This document shows, in pieces, positions 58,368-64,000 of a stretch of 64,000 nucleotides of DNA. The notes below the pieces were generated by a model, which worked only from the letters and a program-made list of their open reading frames with translations, was not told where the DNA came from and made no database searches. The stretch comes from Pelagomonas calceolata. Lineage: Eukaryota. The position numbers and the translations under genes are program-made. The stretch lies in the NCBI GenBank assembly GCA_918797485.1, contig CAKKNE010000002.1, positions 4,154,001-4,218,000 of the forward strand. Direction: 5' to 3'. Position 1 is the first letter of the stretch. Every line of letters starts with the position of its first letter.

Positions 58368-59663
58368 TTACCCAAAGTCCCGCACGTCTGACGGCGGCCC
58401 ACCCCTGTCGATCGCAGCCCTAATAACGTTCTGCAGCTCCATGGCCGTCGGCCTTTCCACAAACTCCGCGTGTCTCCTATAAGCCCCTCTTCCAATATCC
58501 ACGAAGATCTCGTAGGGCGCCGGGTAGCGCCGCGAGACGACGACGCGCACGGGAGGCGTCCCGCCGCGGACCATGAGCGGCCGCAGGCAATACGCCTCCG
58601 TCGCGTCGAAGTACTCGCGCGGCGGCTCCGCTCCGCCCGGCTCGTCGTGCCGATGGTTCAACACAACAACGGGTAAATTCTTGAATGCCGCCGCTCGGAA
58701 CACCCGCCGCGTGGCCACCATGTCCTCGTTGGAGAACGGCGCGAAGACAACATATAAAGTCGACTCGGGCGTCTCCTCTTCATTGGCTTGCCCGAAGTTT
58801 AGGAGCAGCGGCTCCGCGGTGATGCCCGCTTCCTCCGCGAGGCGCGTCGTGCCGGCCGCGTCCAACAGCACCAAGTTATCGTAGGGTAACCGCGAGAGGG
58901 CGTTCTTGGACCAAGCTAAGACAGCGGAGCCATCGATCGTTTTTTGAGCTGGATCTAAACCCTCCACGCGCGCCTCGATCAAAACTTTCCGCTTCCCTTC
59001 GAGCACGGCAGCCACCGTCGCGTCGCACGCGTGCCGCGCCGCCTCCGCGAGGTCTAGGGCCACACCGTCCGGCACGGCGGGCCGCGCCTCGCCGGCGCCT
59101 CCTTTCGGATTCAGGGCCTCCGCGAGGCCGTCGGGCAGGTCCGACGACGGCATTGACGGCTCCCGGGCCTCGGGCGTGCCGCGCTCTTCCCTCAGCTTCG
59201 AGAGCTCTTCACCAAGACTGTCCGTCGGCTCGTCGGGCGCGCGGCTCTTCTTCCGGCGGCCGAAGAGGCCCCTTTTTTTGGTTTCGTCGGCGCCCGGCTC
59301 GTCCGCGGCGGCGGCCGGTGGTGTCTCCGCCTCCGCGGCCGGCGAATCGCCGCCGCCGCCGAATAGCGCATCCATGCGCGCGCGCATCGCCGCGTCGTCG
59401 TCGTCCGCTGCGGCCGGCGGTACCGGCTCTGGCGGCGCCTCGGCGGCCGGCGGTTCGGCGGCCGGCGGCTCCGCGGCCGGCGCCTCGCCGCCCCCGAACA
59501 TCGCCTCCATACGTGCGCGCATCTCGGCGATGCGCTCTGCTTCGGCGTCACTCTCCGGTGGCCTCTCATCGTCCACTGCTCGCAACGCTGGTGTACGCTG
59601 TGGCAGCGGTGGCCGCAGGACAAAGGATTGCACGCATGCGCATGCCGCGAGCAAGAGTTTCAT
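58368..59663 (-). CDS. Plastid-targeted DUF1995-like protein (paralog A)
   Basis: MKLLLAACACVQS-F presequence; VVFAP, PVVVLN, YCLRPL and RRYPAPYE motifs. Confidence 0.7.
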   Translation of the reverse strand: MKLLLAACACVQSFVLRPPLPQRTPALRAVDDERPPESDAEAERIAEMRARMEAMFGGGEAPAAEPPAAEPPAAEAPPEPVPPAAADDDDAAMRARMDALFGGGGDSPAAEAETPPAAAADEPGADETKKRGLFGRRKKSRAPDEPTDSLGEELSKLREERGTPEAREPSMPSSDLPDGLAEALNPKGGAGEARPAVPDGVALDLAEAARHACDATVAAVLEGKRKVLIEARVEGLDPAQKTIDGSAVLAWSKNALSRLPYDNLVLLDAAGTTRLAEEAGITAEPLLLNFGQANEEETPESTLYVVFAPFSNEDMVATRRVFRAAAFKNLPVVVLNHRHDEPGGAEPPREYFDATEAYCLRPLMVRGGTPPVRVVVSRRYPAPYEIFVDIGRGAYRRHAEFVERPTAMELQNVIRAAIDRGGPPSDVRDFG

Positions 59664-59933
59664 CGTCTGGCGATCTGTGCGCGGTGCGTTTTGAGTCGTG
59701 CGCAAGTTCTATACGTTTGCGTTGCGCTTGGCGCCGCGCGCGTGCCCGATCCAACTCTGAGATGCCGGCCGATGGAGAGCGGCTGATGGAGAGCGGCACC
59801 CAAACCGCTCCAAAATTGCCTCACGAATCGATAAAAAGCCTCCGTTGCGCTTAACGGGTGCCGAGCGATGCGTGCCTAGTTTGCTTGCGCTTCCCGACGT
59901 GCCCGCGGCAGAGGACCTGCCTGCAGCACAACA

Positions 59934-60770
59934 ATGCGAGCTGTCTACCTCTGCGCGGTCGCAGCAGCCCTGCGGCCCGCGCCACGGACGCGACGACGGA
60001 CGCGCCTCGGGTCGTCGACCGACGTCGACGACTTCCGGCAGCGCCTGGAGGCCGGCGCCTTCTTCCTCGACGACGGCCGACACGACGTCATCGCGTGCGA
60101 CACGCGGCAGGCCGCGCAGCATGCTGGGGAGGCGCTAAAGGCGGCCGTGCTCACGGGCGAGCGGCGTTGTGTGATTGACTGCCGCGTCGACACCTTCGAC
60201 TCGACGTCGCGCCGCTTCGCCGCCGACGACACGGCGAGATGGATAAGACGCTGCGCGAACGAGGTCGCGTTCTTCTTCGAGACCTGCACGCTGCTCTACC
60301 CGCAAGCCGCGTCCGGCGCGGCGCCGACGGCGGCCGGGCTGCCCGTCGAGCCCCTCCTCAAAAAATGGGGGCAGGTCATGGACGGCTCCGAGGACCACGG
60401 TTTGGCACCGACGGACTGTTTCTTCGTCGTGTCGCCGTCGACGTTTGACGAGCTCGTGGCGCTGCGACGGTTGTACCGAGCGGCGATGGCGGCGCGGGCG
60501 CTCATCGTCGTCGTGAACCACGGCTTCGAGGCGCCGCCGCCCGAACTCGAGGAGGCTTCGGAAGTCTACCGGCTCCAGCCCCTCGATATCGAGGAGCCAT
60601 CCACAGGGAAAGTCGCGCGCGTCTGCGTGTCGCGGCGCTTCCCCGCATCATATGAAGTTTACGCTGCACGCGGAAAACAGTACGAGGCGTCGAATCGGGG
60701 TGTGTTCAAACAAAAACCGGACGACGCCGTCGTGCGGGCCGTGGCAAGACAGGTCCTAGATGAAAGTTGA
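59934..60770 (+). CDS. Plastid-targeted DUF1995-like protein (paralog B)
   Basis: Signal peptide; collinear similarity to 58368-59663 (AAVL.G.R, EPLL...GQ, NH, Y.L.PL, VSRR.PA.YE). Confidence 0.7.
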   Translation: MRAVYLCAVAAALRPAPRTRRRTRLGSSTDVDDFRQRLEAGAFFLDDGRHDVIACDTRQAAQHAGEALKAAVLTGERRCVIDCRVDTFDSTSRRFAADDTARWIRRCANEVAFFFETCTLLYPQAASGAAPTAAGLPVEPLLKKWGQVMDGSEDHGLAPTDCFFVVSPSTFDELVALRRLYRAAMAARALIVVVNHGFEAPPPELEEASEVYRLQPLDIEEPSTGKVARVCVSRRFPASYEVYAARGKQYEASNRGVFKQKPDDAVVRAVARQVLDES

Positions 60771-60919
60771 CGGAATGTGTATACGCCACTCCCGGACCGG
60801 CGGCCCTCAACTGTTTTAAGTAAGACATAGTAGATAGTTACCCGCTCTTCTTTAGCTTCAGTTTCTTCTCCTGCGTGGGGAAAGCGACTGGTGGAGTCGA
60901 CGCCAGCGCGACGATGGCG

Positions 60920-63172
60920 TCACGAAGAGTCAAAGGACGCGGGAGGCAGCACCTTCTTCTTCTTCTTGGATTTGGACGAAGTAGACCCCATGTCGACATA
61001 CGCCTGCTGGTTGTTGATGGGCACGTAGGCCTGGCCCGTCCGTTGTTGCGCGTGTTGGAGGATAGAGAGCGAGCCGGCACCCGCGGACATCTTGATACTG
61101 CGTTGCCGTTCCGCCTCGCGCGCCGCGAATTTTTCGGTTTTCTTCTTGCCGGGGCCCTTCCCATGAAATTTGTGGCACATCTGCCGGAAAGCTTCTTTGC
61201 GCGTGAGTAATTTGCCGTCGGCGTCCCTATATTCTAATTTAATAGGCTTGAAGGCAATATCAGCGTTCTGCGCCGCCAACCTTTGGGCTTCGGCCATATC
61301 TTCACCGGAAGTGCCGTCGCTCTTGAAGTCCCGACGATCGCGCGCTCGGCCAATGCTCGCCTCGACGTGCTGCGTCTGGACGTCTCCGGTCTGCCTCAGT
61401 AAACCCATGGTCGCGGCCATGCCATCTCGAGCGAGCGGTTGTTTATGTAAGAAATCCACCAATTCGCCGCGCGCCTCCGCCTCGGCCGCCTCGACGCTCT
61501 CGTCGTCTGAAGGAGGTGCTTCTTCCATCACTACATCATCAGTCGTTTTCTCTTCCTTGGCCTGGGCGCGTTCCTCCAGTCGCGCTCGTAGTCGAGCCGT
61601 GAATTCGGTTGTTGACGTGAACACTAAGGCGTCCGTGGGCTCCGCGGTGTCTTCGGGAGCCTCCTCCTTGACACGAGCCGCCAGCGCCGCCGCGCCGGCC
61701 TCGCCCGTCGGTTTTTCACTTTTGAGCCTTCTAGCGCGATCTAAGGCGGCCCGCAATTCCGCATCATCTTCGTCCTCGCCGAGACCGCTCACGTACTTCT
61801 GCGAAGACTCCTGTTCAGTGACGGGAGCGTCGGGGATGGCGCGCGCGGCTTGCGCTGTAGACTTCACCTCATCCACGGACGCCCCGAGGCCCTTGCCGAG
61901 GTTGTTTTGCGCCGTCTTCTGCGCCGCCGCCCAGTTCGCCTTTCGGCGCTGGTCGTCGCCGTCGTCCGCCTGGACCCGTCGCGATCGCGATCCTCGTTCC
62001 CCATCGACCTCCTCGAGGCCGTCGAGGATGGACCCGGTCGACGGCAGCGCCTTCCTGGAAGCTTTCCGAGCTTTCTTTTCCTTCTTCCTAAATAACTTCC
62101 GGGCTTCGTCTCGCGTCAGGTAGTCGTTCTGCGTCTCGAACGCGGCGGAAGACGCGTCGACGCCGCCCCAGCGGCCCGTACGTAAAGTACTGGTGTCATT
62201 CGTGTCCATCTTGGCGTTCGGAGCTTTGCCCATCCTCTGAGCTAACGCAGCGATGTCCGCGCCCGACAAATGCGACTGATCCTTAGCAGACAACCCGCCA
62301 CTACTACCAATCTTCAGCTTGTGGGCCTGCTTCGTCCGATCATCATATTTCGCCATCACAGAACCCCCAGCAGTAGTGCCAGTGGCATACTCGAAATCAT
62401 CTGCCACGTCACCGCCCATGTGCAAGGCTTGCTCCTCCTGCAACTCGACGCGCTTCCGCCGGATCTTGTCGTCTTCGGCGCGATTGACGTTCTGGAGCGT
62501 GTGCTGCGACTCCTTCTTCAAACCGACCAATTTCCCATGTTCGTTGCGCTCCAAAATGTGTTCGTCCTCCAGCGTCAGAATCATCTCGTCGCCGACTTTG
62601 AGCGCTTCCGCGGAGTGGGCGGCCACATTCAAGCCCTCTAAATCGTTAGATGTATAAGCTCGCTCTTGATCCAACTGGAGTCTCCGTCTTCGTTCCGCCT
62701 CCAAGGCTACGAGCTGCGGGTCCTCCTTCTGGCGCCGTTGGCGCTGGACCCACGCTTTTGCATCATCTACCTCGTCTCCTAGCGTCGATTCGGGGAGTTT
62801 GGCCGAAGCTTCTCGTCTTCTCTTCGCCTTGGCTAATTCCGCTTCGATGTCCGCCAATCGTCTAGCTTCTAGTCTCTCAGCTCGAGCGAGCTCGAAGTTG
62901 CGCTCGGCCTGCTCGCGAGCTTTGGCTGCGGCGCTCGACACTTCCGCGTTGAGGGGCTTTAATCCAAGTTTCGCTCTCAGCGCGTTCGTGTCGTCGACGG
63001 TCATGGAGACCTCGCCGTCGGCGCTCGTGGAGACCTTGACGCTCTCCGCTAATTTAGCGTAGTCGACGCGCTCCGGTGCTGGCGCGGCCTTGGGCGGCTC
63101 GCGGCGCGGGCGGCGGTCTCGGCTGCGCGAGCGGCTGCGCGAGCGGCTGCGCTTGCGGTCGCGGCGGCCCAT
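60920..63172 (-). CDS. SART1: U4/U6.U5 tri-snRNP-associated protein 1 (SART1/Snu66)
   Basis: RS-rich N-terminus; HIND motif SMTVDDTNALRAKLGLKPL; ILTLED; LEYRDADGKLLTRKEAFRQMCHKFHGKGPGKKK. Confidence 0.93.
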   Translation of the reverse strand: MGRRDRKRSRSRSRSRSRDRRPRREPPKAAPAPERVDYAKLAESVKVSTSADGEVSMTVDDTNALRAKLGLKPLNAEVSSAAAKAREQAERNFELARAERLEARRLADIEAELAKAKRRREASAKLPESTLGDEVDDAKAWVQRQRRQKEDPQLVALEAERRRRLQLDQERAYTSNDLEGLNVAAHSAEALKVGDEMILTLEDEHILERNEHGKLVGLKKESQHTLQNVNRAEDDKIRRKRVELQEEQALHMGGDVADDFEYATGTTAGGSVMAKYDDRTKQAHKLKIGSSGGLSAKDQSHLSGADIAALAQRMGKAPNAKMDTNDTSTLRTGRWGGVDASSAAFETQNDYLTRDEARKLFRKKEKKARKASRKALPSTGSILDGLEEVDGERGSRSRRVQADDGDDQRRKANWAAAQKTAQNNLGKGLGASVDEVKSTAQAARAIPDAPVTEQESSQKYVSGLGEDEDDAELRAALDRARRLKSEKPTGEAGAAALAARVKEEAPEDTAEPTDALVFTSTTEFTARLRARLEERAQAKEEKTTDDVVMEEAPPSDDESVEAAEAEARGELVDFLHKQPLARDGMAATMGLLRQTGDVQTQHVEASIGRARDRRDFKSDGTSGEDMAEAQRLAAQNADIAFKPIKLEYRDADGKLLTRKEAFRQMCHKFHGKGPGKKKTEKFAAREAERQRSIKMSAGAGSLSILQHAQQRTGQAYVPINNQQAYVDMGSTSSKSKKKKKVLPPASFDSS

Positions 63173-63390
63173 TGCTTGTTTCTTACGGCGTTACCGTGCG
63201 CTTCTTAACGTGCGCTTGCGCCGCGCGGCGCTCGCCTCAGGCTGGTCTGAGGGTTTTGTTGCCGGCGCTTCGGCGGCGCGCCAAAAAGCAAGCAGAGCGC
63301 GAAGCACAGCGATGAATGAGGTCTGCAGTCGTATGAGCGCTTGCCTTGCTTTCGTCGAGGCTGCGCCGCGCTTTGCTTGTGCTTGGGCTT

Positions 63391-63414
63391 GCTAGTGTCT
63401 TACAAGCCGCTAGC
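63391..63414 (-). promoter_or_regulatory. CTAG-dyad intergenic element
   Basis: GCTAGTGTCTTACAAGCCGCTAGC in a divergent intergenic region. Confidence 0.75.
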
Positions 63415-63791
63415 TCAACTTGCCGAGAAGTCGCACGTCGTGCCGCCGCGCCCTCGCACGAGCTCGGCGAACGAGTCGTAGCGCTACGACGTGGGCCGCT
63501 AGGGCCACGTTTTGATTGGCTCGTCCGCCTCATGAGCCTCCTTGACAGCTCGGTAAATTGAGCGGCAGCGGCTGCCGCGGAGCGACAGCGGTGCCCGACG
63601 CGTTTTGACTACGGACGCCGGCGCGGCCTTCCAGCGAGGCGGCTCCCACGACGCCGCGGCGCGTCTCCTTTTCGCTGGGGCAGCCCCCGGTCCGCGACCG
63701 CCCGCGCCCGCCGCGGGGCCGGCTCTCACCCAAAAAGAGCGCCACCCGCGCGACCAGCCTGCGCGCGCGCCCGCCCGCGCGCGCGAGGGCC

Positions 63792-64000
63792 ATGGGCGGC
63801 GGTGCGAGCACACCGGTCGCGCCCGCGCCGGGCAACCAGCGCCAGCGCCAGACGAGCGACGCGCTGAACCAGATGCCGCTGGAGGAGGTCCAGGAGGTCG
63901 TCACGGTCCGGTCCCGCTTGTCCAGGATCCGGTTGTCGTTTATAAGGCCCTCGTTGTCGCCGCCGGAGGACGGCACGGGGTTATTACCCCAAATGCGCAA
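63792..64000 (+). CDS. Partial ORF with N-myristoylation-like start, runs off the window
   Basis: GCCATGG context; MGGGAST...; open to the window end. Confidence 0.5.
   Translation, partial: MGGGASTPVAPAPGNQRQRQTSDALNQMPLEEVQEVVTVRSRLSRIRLSFIRPSLSPPEDGTGLLPQMR

Noticed and set aside
4530..63414. Dyad elements as a CRISPR array or Rho-independent terminators
   Set aside because: Dispersed single copies with no spacer periodicity, no U-tract, and 5' location in a eukaryotic genome.

Overview
This is a 64 kb, GC-rich, very gene-dense and nearly intron-free stretch of eukaryotic nuclear DNA. The inference of a pelagophyte stramenopile (Pelagomonas/Aureococcus-like) rests on eukaryote-only genes (DCP1, SART1/Snu66, Myb-SET), bipartite signal-plus-transit presequences and introner elements. 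I support about 45 coding regions. I saw no rRNA, tRNA, CRISPR array or autonomous transposon. Main observations: (1) a ~24-bp dyad-symmetric element, consensus GCTAGYGNCNTRTAAGRCACTAGC, found about 20 times and almost only in 5' intergenic regions, a candidate genome-wide bidirectional promoter element; (2) an intact introner (15-bp TIRs, 8-bp TSD) forming a GC-AG intron in an RsmB-family gene, plus decayed relatives; (3) immunity-like genes, namely a dynamin/Mx-like GTPase with an FxFG tail and a frameshifted Gig2-like ADP-ribosyltransferase with a ZZ finger; (4) unusual fusions: THI5-like+FolD+PCD, parvulin+MiaB, LOTUS+TrhO, mTERF+SET; (5) a possible dicistronic pair whose upstream ORF appears to start at ATT. 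All product calls come from motif recognition by eye; no database search was run.
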